From: Lama guanicoe | Lineage: Eukaryota | NCBI GenBank assembly: GCA_013239625.1 | Contig: MU054187.1 | Location: forward strand, 6,521,757-6,585,756 | Length of the DNA stretch: 64,000 nt | Direction: 5' to 3' | Shown here: positions 25,943 to 38,762 of the stretch, piece after piece | How positions within the stretch are numbered: position 1 is the first letter of the stretch | How the letters are laid out: each line of letters starts with the position of its first letter | Translations under genes and position numbers: made by a program | The notes under the pieces: generated by a model | Databases searched by the model: none | What the model was told of the DNA's origin: nothing | Seen by the model: only the letters and a program-made list of their open reading frames with translations

Positions 25943-26798
25943 NNNNNNNNNNNNNNNNNNNNNNNNNNNNNNNNNNNNNNNNNNNNNNNNNNNNNNNNNN
26001 NNNNNNNNNNNNNNNNNNNNNNNNNNNNNNNNNNNNNNNNNNNNNNNNNNNNNNNNNNNNNNNNNNNNNNNNNNNNNNNNNNNNNNNNNNNNNNNNNNNN
26101 NNNNNNNNNNNNNNNNNNNNNNNNNNNNNNNNNNNNNNNNNNNNNNNNNNNNNNNNNNNNNNNNNNNNNNNNNNNNNNNNNNNNNNNNNNNNNNNNNNNN
26201 NNNNNNNNNNNNNNNNNNNNNNNNNNNNNNNNNNNNNNNNNNNNNNNNNNNNNNNNNNNNNNNNNNNNNNNNNNNNNNNNNNNNNNNNNNNNNNNNNNNN
26301 NNNNNNNNNNNNNNNNNNNNNNNNNNNNNNNNNNNNNNNNNNNNNNNNNNNNNNNNNNNNNNNNNNNNNNNNNNNNNNNNNNNNNNNNNNNNNNNNNNNN
26401 NNNNNNNNNNNNNNNNNNNNNNNNNNNNNNNNNNNNNNNNNNNNNNNNNNNNNNNNNNNNNNNNNNNNNNNNNNNNNNNNNNNNNNNNNNNNNNNNNNNN
26501 NNNNNNNNNNNNNNNNNNNNNNNNNNNNNNNNNNNNNNNNNNNNNNNNNNNNNNNNNNNNNNNNNNNNNNNNNNNNNNNNNNNNNNNNNNNNNNNNNNNN
26601 NNNNNNNNNNNNNNNNNNNNNNNNNNNNNNNNNNNNNNNNNNNNNNNNNNNNNNNNNNNNNNNNNNNNNNNNNNNNNNNNNNNNNNNNNNNNNNNNNNNN
26701 NNNNNNNNNNNNNNNNNNNNNNNNNNNNNNNNNNNNNNNNNNNNNNNNNNNNNNNNNNNNNNNNNNNNNNNNNNNNNNNNNNNNNNNNNNNNNNNNNN
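25943..26798. other. Assembly gap (856 N)
   Basis: Run of n. Confidence 1.
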
Positions 26799-28198
26799 AT
26801 TTTCTGTTCATATCTCTCCCATTTTCTCCATTATGCTGTTGGTCTTATCAGTTTATATTAAGTAGATTAGCTCTTTGTCGTATGTATTGCAAATATTTCT
26901 TATAGTTTTCTTTCAGTTATCTTTTGATTTTACTTGAAGGATTTTTTTGCTTTGTTTTGTTTTTGTTAGGTAAGAGGATTTTTTTTTATTTGTAGTATTT
27001 ATCAATTTTGTATGGTTTCTGGATTTTCTCCTAAAATTTTACGGCTTCTTTTTATTTCGCATTTTAAATTTTTGCAGTTTATCCTAGTATACAGCATGAA
27101 TTTTTCTCATTGTCGTCGTTTTCCTAGATGGCTGTATGGTCACACCAACACTATTTATGGACACATTTATTTCTACCCTTCTGATTATACTTGCCATTTT
27201 CATTATATGCCATATATACTTGGGGCTCTCATTCACAGATCCCACACTGTTTTAACTACTGGGGCTCAAAAATAAGTTTTAATATCCACTAGATTTGGTT
27301 GCTTTGAGAAAGTTTACTCAATATAAATTCACTGGCTGTGAAAAGAAATACAGCTAATTGTCCAAAGCTGATGGTATGATTTCTTGGGTCAGAAGCCATG
27401 TGGCCTCCATCAGAACAGCTTCCTTCATGCTACTTCTACTATCTGCACCTCTCCTCACCTCCACCCCATCAGACTTATCACTATAGCTGGAATTTGTGGG
27501 TACACAGAACTATTTTTTCCTCCATTCTCTGTGTTTTTATTTGTAAGATGGTGAATGCAGTGCTTTTTAAAGTTTCGGTATGTGGGGGGGATTTAGACTT
27601 TCCCTACAGGCTGTTGGATCCAGATCCTAAAAGTTGTTCGGAGGAGCAGATAATCATTAATTTTTAACAGATGAATTATGGAAACATAGGCTTCCAAGAA
27701 TATATTTGGGAAAAACAGACATGCATAAAGGAGTAAGGCAAAAAAGAAAAGAGAGAGGGAGAAGAGAAAGGAAAAGAAGAGGAGAAAAAAAGAAAAGAAA
27801 GGAAAATGAAATAGGAAAAAAAAAAGTGTTTTTCAGGCTCCAGAGCTTGCTCCACTTTGAGCAAAGCCCTGAGGTCCTTGGAACCGCAAAGCAGACCCGG
27901 CCCCTCACCCACCCTCAGTGCTGCCAAGTGACCCGTAGGGTCCTCACAGCCTGGGAGACCAGCAGAGACTGGGCCCTGCCTCTCCTCCCCGTCCCGAGCC
28001 ACAGAGACAGAGACAGTGCGAGACGGAGGCAGAGGGAGAGAGGCAGGGACGGAAAGGGGCCGGGAGACAGGGAGAGACGGAGAGACGGAGAGACGGAGAG
28101 ACGGAGAGACAGAGAGACAGAAAGAGAAGTTAAACCTGAAGGAAGAATACGTAACAATTCTCAGCAGGGGCGCAGCTCCAGGGCCTCGGGGGGGGGGG

Positions 28199-28311
28199 NN
28201 NNNNNNNNNNNNNNNNNNNNNNNNNNNNNNNNNNNNNNNNNNNNNNNNNNNNNNNNNNNNNNNNNNNNNNNNNNNNNNNNNNNNNNNNNNNNNNNNNNNN
28301 NNNNNNNNNNN
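28199..28311. other. Assembly gap (113 N)
   Basis: Run of n. Confidence 1.
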
Positions 28312-28968
28312 CTCCCTCCCCCGCACACACACCACCCCCCAACACACACACACCCTCACTCACAGTCATACTCACCTGTGCACCTGCTCACACATCTCAC
28401 CTCCCTCACTCCCGCTGGTTCACACTCACCCCTCACTCACTGTCACACTCCTCACTCGCTCCAACGCCTTCTCCCTCGTTGTCGCTCGTTCTCAACGCAC
28501 TTTCATCCACTCTCCCTGTCTCTTCCGAATCTTTCCCACTTATCTCAAAATTAGAGCCCTTTGTGGGGGTGGAATGACTCCTACCCTGACCCCAGCTGGC
28601 ATGTGCAGTTACGCCAGCCCTCTGTCTTTCTGTCTTTCTCAGAGAAAAGCAAACCCGCGTGTTTTCATGCAATTCAGCCAACACTCAGGCAGCACCTGCG
28701 TAGCCACCGAAGGAGAGGAGAGGATGCTGTGAGTTCAGGAAGGCTCACCTCCTAAAAGGCAGTCGCTGCCTCACTCACCCTTCACACTTGTTAGCAAAGG
28801 TTCCACAACATACTGTGTGGCTCCCACCACACTAGGTCCTGTGGGTAAAGGAGGGAAGGACAGAGTTTCATCGGTAGAGAAACTGATGGCCTGGTGGGGA
28901 TGTGAACATGTAAACCAATAATGAAAACAAAATGCAAATTTGAAATTATTTCTAATTTCATTTCTAAA

Positions 28969-29110
28969 TTTCTGATGTCTACATTTTTTTTAACATTTTT
29001 TATTGAGTTATAGTCATTTTACAATGTTGTGTCAAATTCCAGCGTAGAGCACAATTTTTCAGTTATGCGTGAACTTAGATATATTCATTGTCACATTTTC
29101 TGATGTCTAC
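28969..29110 (-). mobile_element. Short 5'-truncated L1 3' end with perfect 14-bp target-site duplication
   Basis: TTTCTGATGTCTAC at 28969-28982 and 29097-29110 flank a poly-T tail and ttattgagttatagtcattttacaatgttgtg. Confidence 0.85.
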
Positions 29111-30021
29111 TTTTAAAATTCAGCTTAGAAAGCACACACACCCTGTGAGATATGCACTGAAAGCAGTGGGAGTACTGTGAAGATTTGGAAAAAACCAACA
29201 ACAACACGATGAGGGCTTTGTGAGAAGGGGGATTTGACTGGGACCTCGGAAATAAGCTGGAATTACAGCAGAAGCTATGCGTTGGCATCTACTCTGGTTA
29301 TAAGAATGGTAGGGATGGTGCTGGGGGGCGCTGGTGGTGTTGTAATGAGTGGATACAAAGCCAGAGTGCCCTCAGGCAGGCTGGCGTCCCAACCCCAGAG
29401 CAAGCACAAAGGGCGTGGCTGCTCTCCAGCGCCTCCATGCTGGTAACTCCGGGCAGGGCTGAGCCCTGTGCTCCAGGGACAGTGTGGGGCTGGTGGGGCC
29501 GAGACCCAGTTGCCCATAAGGAGAGGCAGAGCTTAAGGCTAAGAGGTATTTTTTGGAGGGCCTTGAAGATCAGTTAAGGAGTTAAGACTCAGTATATGAA
29601 GCTCTAAATTCCCTACATCTTCCTACACAGAATCATAGACATTGATTCTCTAAATTGCAAATCTTCTTTAATTACACTTATTTCCCTCCCACTAAGAACA
29701 GATACCTATTACCTCCTCTTCAATTTTGCCCTTCTGATTTACATACAGAACCTTCTGTGCATTTTTGGAATTAACATTTGGATTTTATCACTGTGTAAAT
29801 GATACTTAAAGGCCGTGACAGACAATTTGTCATTTTGCTGAGGCCTTTGAACTCAGTGCCCTGTGAGGCTGGAGGCGTGGTGGGTCCCTCAGCCCTGAGC
29901 AGGCTGGCTCAGCCCCAGGGTCAGCATCTCAACCCCCTTGCAGTTCTGTTTAAAGCTCCTGGTCAGAGATTTGTTTTATGGGGCAAATTATCAGCAATCT
30001 TCACAAGATGCAAAGGATGTA

Positions 30022-30342
30022 TGGCTGACCCTTGAAATATAGGATTGAACTGTGAGGGACCGTTCATTCGTGCATTTTGTCCAGTGGTATGTTTGTCCAA
30101 TAGTAAATGTTTGCAGTAGTAAGTTCTACAATACTACAGGACCTGAGGCTGGATGCGACGGAGGAGCAGCCAGGCACTTTCTGCTTGTTGGGAGGACGGG
30201 GCACACAGTATCTGAGGGTACTTGGGCTTTGCATGGATACGGAGGAACCATGGATGCAGAGAGCAGGCTATAAATTATAGAAGATTTTCTACTGCCTGGA
30301 GGGTTGATGTCCCTAACCCTCGGGTTGTTCAGGGGTATACTC
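30022..30342. mobile_element. Tigger2/MER8-like TcMar MITE
   Basis: Terminal inverted repeats ctgacccttgaa ... ccctaaccctcgggttgttcaggggta; internal ggaaccatggatgcagagagc. Confidence 0.7.
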
Positions 30343-30975
30343 CATTAATATTGCAGTAGAATTGCTTTTGGCTACTCATAGCTAATATATGTCTCCTTGA
30401 TGGCTGATACATACTTGGAGGGAGTTATTGATGATTCCAGGAATGCAGCTGCCATTCTGAACATGGAACTTATGGGAAACTTCATTTCTAATTTTGAATA
30501 ACTGATGAATAATTTAACCCTGGGGGGGACCTAGTCAATCAAGGAACACTGAGTACTCTGTGCTAGGTCACCAGGAAATAATAATATGTAACATAACAAA
30601 ATAAAATAAAATGAGAAAGCATGGGGAAGAAAAATAAATAAGTCTGGGTTCCTGCCCCAAAGTGGCTCACAGTTTTGTAGGAATGATAGATATATAAGCT
30701 AATATTTACAAAGAAAAGTGAGAAGCATGTGAATAAAGGTGGGCTCAAGATGCTACAGAGCTCTGAGAAAGACACGCATAACCCAGGGGTTCATGCAGTT
30801 AGGAAGGATCTGCAGGGAACTTTAAACAATGTGCAGGTTATAAAAGATGAAGAAGGAAAACAGGAAACTCAAGCTTTATTTGAAATTTACCAGAAAACTT
30901 ATTTTTTGATATTTTCCATTCTTTTTTTTCTCTCCTATTGTGGCTGGGATATTTTTATGACATGAAATAGAGAAC

Positions 30976-31044
30976 AGAATGAGACCTTTTTTTTTAACTG
31001 AAGTCTAGTTGATTTACAATGTTGTGTTAGTTTTAAGAATGAGA
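30976..31044 (-). mobile_element. About 50-bp L1 3' terminus with 9-bp TSD
   Basis: AGAATGAGA at 30976-30984 and 31036-31044 flank poly-T and tgaagtctagttgatttacaatgttgtgttagt. Confidence 0.75.
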
Positions 31045-33399
31045 TATCTTTAACAAACACATGATTGTGAACTGTCAGTTCTCAAAATTGTTTTTTCAAG
31101 AGATGGAGAAATAGCCTTCTCCTTGGCTGGGGCAGTAGGTGGGGTCCAAGTCTTCCAGATTGGTGTAGGGACCCAGCCTGCAATCAACTGAGAAAGTTAT
31201 CTACAGAGAGGAAAGAAACACTGTTAAGGTGCTGAGAGTTAATATGATTAAACTGAGCCTATCCATATAGGAAAAAACCCTTCACTGACCCTCTCAGGCA
31301 GGTAGCTTCCCCCAGGGCAGTCAAGTGAGTTGTCAAAGGCAGCTCCTCCGCATGGCACCTGCCTCTGCTTTAGGTCTCCCATCCAGGGACAATTTGCCAG
31401 CTTATCAGGCAATTTATTAACATATTTTATAGATTCATGAGATTTAACTTACTCTCTATACCCCACCATAAGGCACAGAAAGAAGCAGAAGTTAGGCACG
31501 GTTAGGGGGTTGGGAAATGGAAATAGTTATCCAACTTTCCCAGTCCTAGAAAACAGGGGAGCCCAAGGCTTCTGGCTTAATTATCCTCACTGGCTCTTGC
31601 CTCATCTATATTCTAAGGCCTTTTCCCCAAAAACCGCTTCTCTCTGTATTTCTCTGCTCTCACAGGCTTTGTCACTTCCTATCAGGCCCATTTTTCACAT
31701 TATTCATTTTTGCCTTTAACACTTTCCTGAGAGCAGGAGCCAAAAAGGTGGCCTCCTGAGCAGTGGCCAGGTGGTCACCAAGTGTGGCCTCGTACCAGAA
31801 GCTGGAGCACCTGCCCTGGAAGCTAGAGGTTTAGGGCTGCACAAGTGTCAGCCTCCCAGTCTATTTCCACAGTCAGAAATGTGTATTGGAACATTATCTA
31901 GGTTAAAAAAAAGGGGGTAAAATCTATAACAAGAAAAAATGGATGCTAGGAGGTTCTTAATTGTCTTCCAGATGGTGATGCCTACGTACTCCCAAGGTGT
32001 AGACTTTTATTCAGGTCATCAAAATCATTGGCTGTTCATCAAGAGTGCCTGGGGGGCCTGTTCACAGGATGGCAGAGCTGCTGAGATGCCCGCAGAACTA
32101 CAGGCTTCCTGGGACCTGAGAGGGGCAGCAGCTCTCAGGAGCCTTCGTGGTCTCTGCCAATATTTGGCCCATGCTGTTTGTGCTCCAGAAATACGAAGTG
32201 TTTCCAACCAGTGGCTGCCTATTTTCTTCCTCAAGGCAAGGAAACACACATGTTGTAGTTAAGAAGGGAGAGATTAGTAGCCCCAGGATCGTGCACAAGA
32301 TGACCCACTGACGTATAGGAAGAAAAGCTTTTATTTTCTAACCACATTGATTCTGATTTTATCCATGCATCCAATTTATATGTAAGTACACACTATCAAA
32401 AAGATTGGAGACCCCTGAGCTAGACCTGACCAGTGAGTTTGGTGAACACAAATGAAGTCAGTAACTTTGTTGCATAGAATGCAAGTTGTCCCATCCGTCC
32501 TGAGATGATGGAGAGTGCCTCAGTGGAAGCCGTATGAGGGCCTGTGGCTGGAGAAGAGGAGAACCAGGGCCACCTAGTCCACGTTTGCCCCCAGAACCAG
32601 GCACACTACCAGGTGACTGACCAATAAAAGTGGGATGAGAATGTAGGAAGAATTAATGACTAGATCAATGAATTTAGAAAGGAACAAATGAGGGTACAAA
32701 CAAGACTACCAATAAGGTTGGTTTGTTTGTTTAAGAAGTGTTTGGGGGGAAATAAGGAAGAGAATAATAGGGGAACTAGGGAATTTTCTCTAAGAGATCT
32801 GAGAATGCATCTGAATAAGCAATGAAAAAAAGAAAAATTTGCTGACACACTGAAGGCTGAGGGCCTTTAGGGACCTGTAATTGTTTCACCAGCCAAGGGA
32901 ACTCCAAAGCGGAATCTGAAATCAGGCTTCTCTTTTACCTTCTTACATTAATATAGTTTAACATAATTCTTTGGGATTTCCTCCGGGAACACTGTCTGTC
33001 CCTGGGAGCAGCCGCTTCACAGAGCTACATGCTTCAGTTACACTCTGTACCTTTCTTTACGTCTCCATAAGCTCTCGGGCTTCTCTGGCATAACTTCCTG
33101 ATTCTAGAAGCTTCTGGACTTTGCATGTTGAGCTTAACTGCATATTTGCAAACCACCAGTTAAAGATGCATCATCCACGGGGCCCAAGACAGACTTCTAG
33201 AGTTCCTAAGACTAATTTCCTAACCCCCGACCCTTGCTGTTCACCTTAGTCGTGCTGAATAAGCATGTTAAGCCTGGCTCAACAAGGTAACAGCAACTAA
33301 CCTATCCGTTATTTATGCAAGTCTGGAAACTTCAAATCTGATTATTATTATTTAATGTATTTCAACAACTTTCCTTCCTTTTATTTAAAGGAATTTGCA

Positions 33400-33580
33400 G
33401 ACAATATAGGAACTCTGGAGTTAAAAATATCTGGATTCAAATCCTGACTCCAAAGCACACTGGTTATAGGTCATGGGGTGAATTAGTTAAACTCTTTGGG
33501 CCTCAATGTTCTCATCCCTAAAATGAAACTAATAATACTGTCTTTTACAGGGTTGGAGCTTCATTAAGTAGTAAGTGAAA
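33400..33580 (+). mobile_element. MIR SINE
   Basis: tctggagtt...ctggattcaaatcctgactcc...aactctttgggcctcaatgttctcatccctaaaatg. Confidence 0.7.
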
Positions 33581-34012
33581 AACCAGTTGGGATTATCTTG
33601 GTTTTCTTGCTCTAAAGGCTTTTCTACCAGGTGTGATGCAGATACCAGTGTCATGAAGATATTCTTTAAATTTATAGTCTTTAAATTTATGGACAACATT
33701 TTCTGTTGTCTTGGCAAAAATTTGACAGATAGGCACCATGAGATGATTTTTGACCTACTTCCTTCCCTCCTTCCCTCCTTTTCTTCCTTAAAAAAATTTT
33801 TTTTTATTTTTTAAAATAGAGATTATCTGTAAGCTCATTCTTGGAAAATGAGGCTAAGAAAAATACAGGGACTCCTGGTGGCAAATAAACTCTTGAAGAC
33901 TCTAAAACATAGTCACGTGTATTCATTAATCACCAAATGTTTTGTTAGCTCTTTTCTATAAGGTTTATTAAAAAACCTGACTGCTGCAGAACATTCAGCC
34001 TTCCCTGATCTT

Positions 34013-34364
34013 ATCTTTTTTTAAATCATTTCTTTTATCTTGGAGGGGAAGGTAATTCTGTTTATTTATTTATATATTTTTAAAATTTTACTTTTTTATT
34101 GAAGTGTGGTTGATTTACAATGCTAGCTTCAGGTGTACAGCAAAGCAATTCAGTTATACATATGCATACATATATATTTTTTATTTTCAGATTCTGTCCC
34201 ATTATATGTTATTACAAGAAATTGCATATAGTTCCCTGTGCTGTACAGTAGGTCTTTGTTGTTTATCTATATTATTTATTTTTGTAATGGAGCTACTGGG
34301 GGTGGACTTCATGCATGCAAAGTGAGCACTATACGCACTATACCACTGAGCTATCCCCTCCCCA
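34013..34364 (-). mobile_element. Vic-1-like tRNA-derived SINE interrupted by an L1 3' fragment (about 34075-34270)
   Basis: Minus-strand head ggggaggggatagctcagtggtatag (A box), tail aataaacagaattaccttcccctcc. Degenerate TSD 33996-34012 / 34367-34383. Confidence 0.7.
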
Positions 34365-36104
34365 CCCACCCTTCGCTGACCTTCACCTCTGGTTACCTAA
34401 GCTGTTTAACCACAGACCCTGACTTCTGAGTTCTGTGTCTTTTCCTCAAACAAAGCGTCATTTCCCTGCCTCTCCCACTAGACAGACCATGAACGGACTG
34501 GAGACACTAAATGTGTCTTATTCATCCCCCAACCCCTGCATTTTACTCCTAGGAGAAGCTCAATGACTGCTGGTCGAACTGCAGAACAGAATTAAATATG
34601 ACAGAGACGATCAAGGAAACTGGTTCAGGTCGCAGCCAGGCAAGGTTCTGAGCCTGACCTGCTGGTCTGGGCCAGTGTGACTGACAGAAGGCCAGTTTTG
34701 CTCACTCTGTTTGGGAGAATTGCCAAAGGGTTATAACTGTTCTAGGATCTGCAGATAAAAGACTTCACCCTCCAGTATGGCCTAATTTGAACCCATATTA
34801 AAAATAAAAACCCAGCCTTTCCTGCCCTCAGGAGAGCACGGGGTTGGTCCAGCTTCTCAGAAACCAACACTGCCTTCTAGAAGCACATAAGCGAAGAAAA
34901 CCCACAGCCCATCATCAGCGGAGCCGTTGCCCGGCGGCCTCTCTAATAAGCACACGCTCTTCTTCCTGACGCTTGCTGCTGACGTATGTAAAGCATTTGG
35001 CCTGTAACTGCCATTCCATGAGCTCTCCATTTCCTTGCAGATAGGTGGATGTGTGACTTTCACACTAATGAGTACCATGTGCTATAATAGAAATCCATCA
35101 CTTTAAAACATAGCACTTTTTTTAGAAGGCCCTCTTGCATCAGTGAAGCCCATTTATGCAGCTGAAAATGTTTTTATCTGTCTGCTCTGATGTGGAAAAT
35201 GGGTGTCATCAGTAGGACATGCATGAACTGGAGGATCAGTCCTAACTTCAAGCTTGTGTATTCATGCCCTCTGCAGACCTACACAGATGCGGTTCTGTGA
35301 ATGAATGGATGCCTTCTGCCAAGGTCCTAAAAGACACTCAGCACTACTAAAGGGAAGGAGGCAGACGGTCTAAAAGGCAGCTCATGTGCTCATCCTCTCT
35401 CTTTTCTTTGCATTTGGTTTTCAGAGGAATATTACTAGATGGTGGGGGCAGAGCACAGTATTTGTGAATTTGAGTGATCCTGTTCCGGTTTCCAAGTAAG
35501 AGCAGTAGAAGAGGTGAGGAAGGATGGGGCTTTGAGGGGGCAGCCGAATTGAACAGAGCTCCCCAAGCTTCACAGGGCAATGTGATTTTGAGGTCAGGTG
35601 TATTTTGAACCCTTTTGGAAGTCTGTTACCCTGCAGGCATTACAAATCTTAGAGAATAGCTCTCGTAAGTGCTTCATCGTCCAGCAGGAAACTCGGCCAG
35701 CTGCCACCAGTAACATCTGTATCTGATTCTCAAAGAAGGGGGGAAGAAATGGTTTTGCCTCTACCGTGTTGTTCCTCAATCTTGATCAAATACAAGAAAA
35801 GGCTTCTGAGTGATGCTTGAATCAAGGCAGTGTGAAAATGAAGTGCCCATTGAAAAATGAAGGATGTTTCTGATGGATTGCAAGAATCACTTAACACGGC
35901 CCAAGACCCCCAAAGAAAATACAGAAGAGCCCCTTAGAAGGTCCTGCAACATAGCTTGTACCTTACATTTACCTTGGCGTTTTTTGTTTAACATTTCACA
36001 AAAGGCAGGAAAGATCATCCTTAGAAATGCTTCTACTCTACTTAAAAAAATGGCTACTCGTGTTTTGGGGAGTTTTGAAATATTCACAACAATCATATTC
36101 TTTA

Positions 36105-36425
36105 ATTTTTATTTTGAGGTAAGTGTAGATACACACGCACTTGTGAGAGATAACACAGAGATCCTTTATTTCGTTTCCCCCACTGGTAACATCTTGCAAC
36201 AACTTCAGAGCAGTATCGCGACCAGAGTATTGACATCAATACAGTCAAGATACAGAATGTTTTCATCACTGCAAGGATCTCTCCCTTACCCTTTTATAGC
36301 CACACCCCCTTCCTTCAACCCCCACCCACTGTCTAACCCCTGGTAACCAGTAAACTGTTGTTTCTATAATTTTGTCATTTCAAGAATGTCATATAAATGG
36401 AATCATACAGTGTGTGGTTTTTGGG
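36105..36425 (-). mobile_element. L1M 3' end fragment
   Basis: ttattttgaggtaagtgtagatacac...tttgtcatttcaagaatgtcatataaatggaatcatacag. Confidence 0.75.
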
Positions 36426-37157
36426 GGACTGGCCCCCAGAGGAGGATGTATCCTTGGCTGAGAGCAAATCCAGCCCGGCTCCTGCCAACCCAGCAGGGAC
36501 ATTTTGCCTGAGCAAGAAATAAACCTTTTCAGTTTTAAATGATAAAAAGCAGGGGTCAATTTCCTATAACATAACGTAGCTTGCCCTGCATGATAGAAAA
36601 TAGTCAGAGTACGTCTTTAGCTGCGGGATGATAGCTGTTTTTTCTTTCCTTCTTTCTTATCTTTTTGTATTGTCTAATTTTTCAAATAATGTTTTTTTTC
36701 CCCTATCTTGTACTTTTCTAGGATGGGTATAATTTTTGTAATAAGGAAATAAAATTAAAGTAAACTGGGGAAAATTTTTATAATTTGAATATCTTTATAA
36801 ATTGAAATGATGTTATATATTTATTGATAAATGCATGAAATGCACAAAATTAATACCATTTTCTTGAACCTGGGATATGTTTTTGGAGCATACTGTTTAG
36901 TTGCTAAGAAGTCTGAGAAACAAAGTGTTACACTGTCATCCAGTCAAGGTTTACCAACTTGAGATAAGTCTGCTGCTCCAGCCCTAAGACCCTAAGAAAT
37001 TCACCCCCATGAGGTGGTGGACTCCGCTGGGGTCCTGGGAGACAGCTGTGTGACAGACAACTTTCCTTTTATCTGTGGTTTGCTAATGAGATCAGGCACT
37101 GCTTAAAAGAGGGTTATGTTTGCTAATTTTCCTTTCCCTCACTTTTCCCTTTGCACA

Positions 37158-37160
<3 letters not shown>

Positions 37161-37190
<30 letters not shown>
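37161..37190. repeat. (CA)15 microsatellite
   Basis: Read directly. Confidence 0.95.
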
Positions 37191-37193
<3 letters not shown>

Positions 37194-38762
37194 CATTTTC
37201 AATAATGCAGTCAGGCTCATTCAAGGACACCCAGAACATCTGCATGTTGCCCTTATTACACAGGAGAGCCTTTCATTTGAACTTTACAGGAGGGACTTGA
37301 AGACAAGTGACCCTGTGTCCAAACCCCAAATTGATTGCAGCACAGGATTTTGCATGCATTTATCTGCACCTATTTGCTTGCTGACCTGAATGAGATCAAT
37401 AAACTCTCGTGTCTTCAAGAAGACAGACTCCAAGCCCAGGCCAACCTGGAGACAACTGAAGGGGTCTCAGCCCAGTGCTTTTTTTTTTAACCTCTTCTGA
37501 CACAGATAGAAGACAGTGTTGCTGTCTTTGGGGATTGAGGTTCCATAGACTAAAATTAGGAGTCTCTAGACATTTTTTAAAGGTTAATATTTTCTTTGAA
37601 ATTTTGCCTGTTGCCTCTGGAGCATTGTTTACAGGGTTTTCTTCCACTTTACCACCCTAGGAATGTATAGCAAATAGACTCGCAATAGAAATACAAACCC
37701 TCTTATTGGTCCTATTGAAAAAGATAGTAGAGCCTTGATTTACCGATAAACCCTTCCCTCTGTTCTCCTGCAGCCCCAGAACCCACAGTGTGTGGGATAA
37801 TGAATCACACTTCTGAGTAGCAAGTTCAAAAGGCCCCAAAAGACTAAGGCCATTGCTCAGCACTTATTGCAAAGGAAAAACTTCTGGAAATGGTCTTTCT
37901 TTTTAAGAAACCGAAGAATTTTTAGATCCCAAACTGTACCGAAAAGAGAAAAGAAAACCTTATTAAGAAGTTCTGTTTTTCTAAATTCACATCTGGAATG
38001 GTGAGAGATTATGATCAATGTACAAACTGGTATCAGTGGTCTCTCCACCCTCACTTGGTGGCTTCAGTAAGTTTCTAACAAATAAACAAAACAAAAACTA
38101 TACACCCTGCAAAATAAAGCCCTTTTACTGAAATTATCTAGTTTAAACTTCAAAATATTTAATTCCTTTGTACTCTGTAAAATGTCTAGATTGAAGCAAA
38201 ATTATTGTTATGCTTGTTAAAGGTCAACCTTTAAGCACAGTTCCATGTACCTACATTGGAAACTGGGTCTCGGCGTAGGAGCCTGCTGACTCAAAGGGCT
38301 CTGAAAAAAGTTGACAACCTCCCTTTCTCATTACTTAAAAAGACCCAGGCAAGGCGTTTCACACACCCCTGAGGAGCAGCTAACTACCTGAACTGTTAGC
38401 TCAGATAGTGAAGCGCCTTCCCTTTTTATCCCATCTTCCTAACACTTTACAAAGATGTTTGTTGAGATAAATTTGATTGCCAGCACACTAGGCAAATTCA
38501 AATTGCATTAGATGTTCTTACTTTTTAATTCCATTAACCACAGTGAATGCAACCTTCGGAAGCCCTTCCTCAGGAACTCAGGACCTGGTGCTGTGGGTCA
38601 CAAATCTCAGGCTTTATCATTAAGGTCCCCTGTTCTATGGGTCTAATTAGTACCCAGAGCAGCTCCTCAGCTTCTAAAGCATCAGTGTATGCCCTGAGCT
38701 GGAGTCTAAAATTGGAAACATTAAAAAAAATGCTCTTGTTTCTTGATATTTACAAAGTATAT

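Larger units (their letters stand above)
24532..28198. repeat. 1.4-kb near-identical direct duplication (24532-25942 and 26799-28198) flanking an N gap; probable assembly artefact
   Basis: Copies differ by a 10-bp indel, a 1-bp poly-T length difference and one G/A substitution. Both end at the same G run followed by Ns. Confidence 0.9.

Noticed and set aside
25420..28732. Long ORFs of 227-471 aa in the ORF track
   Set aside because: They run through N gaps and GA-rich low-complexity sequence and are artefacts.
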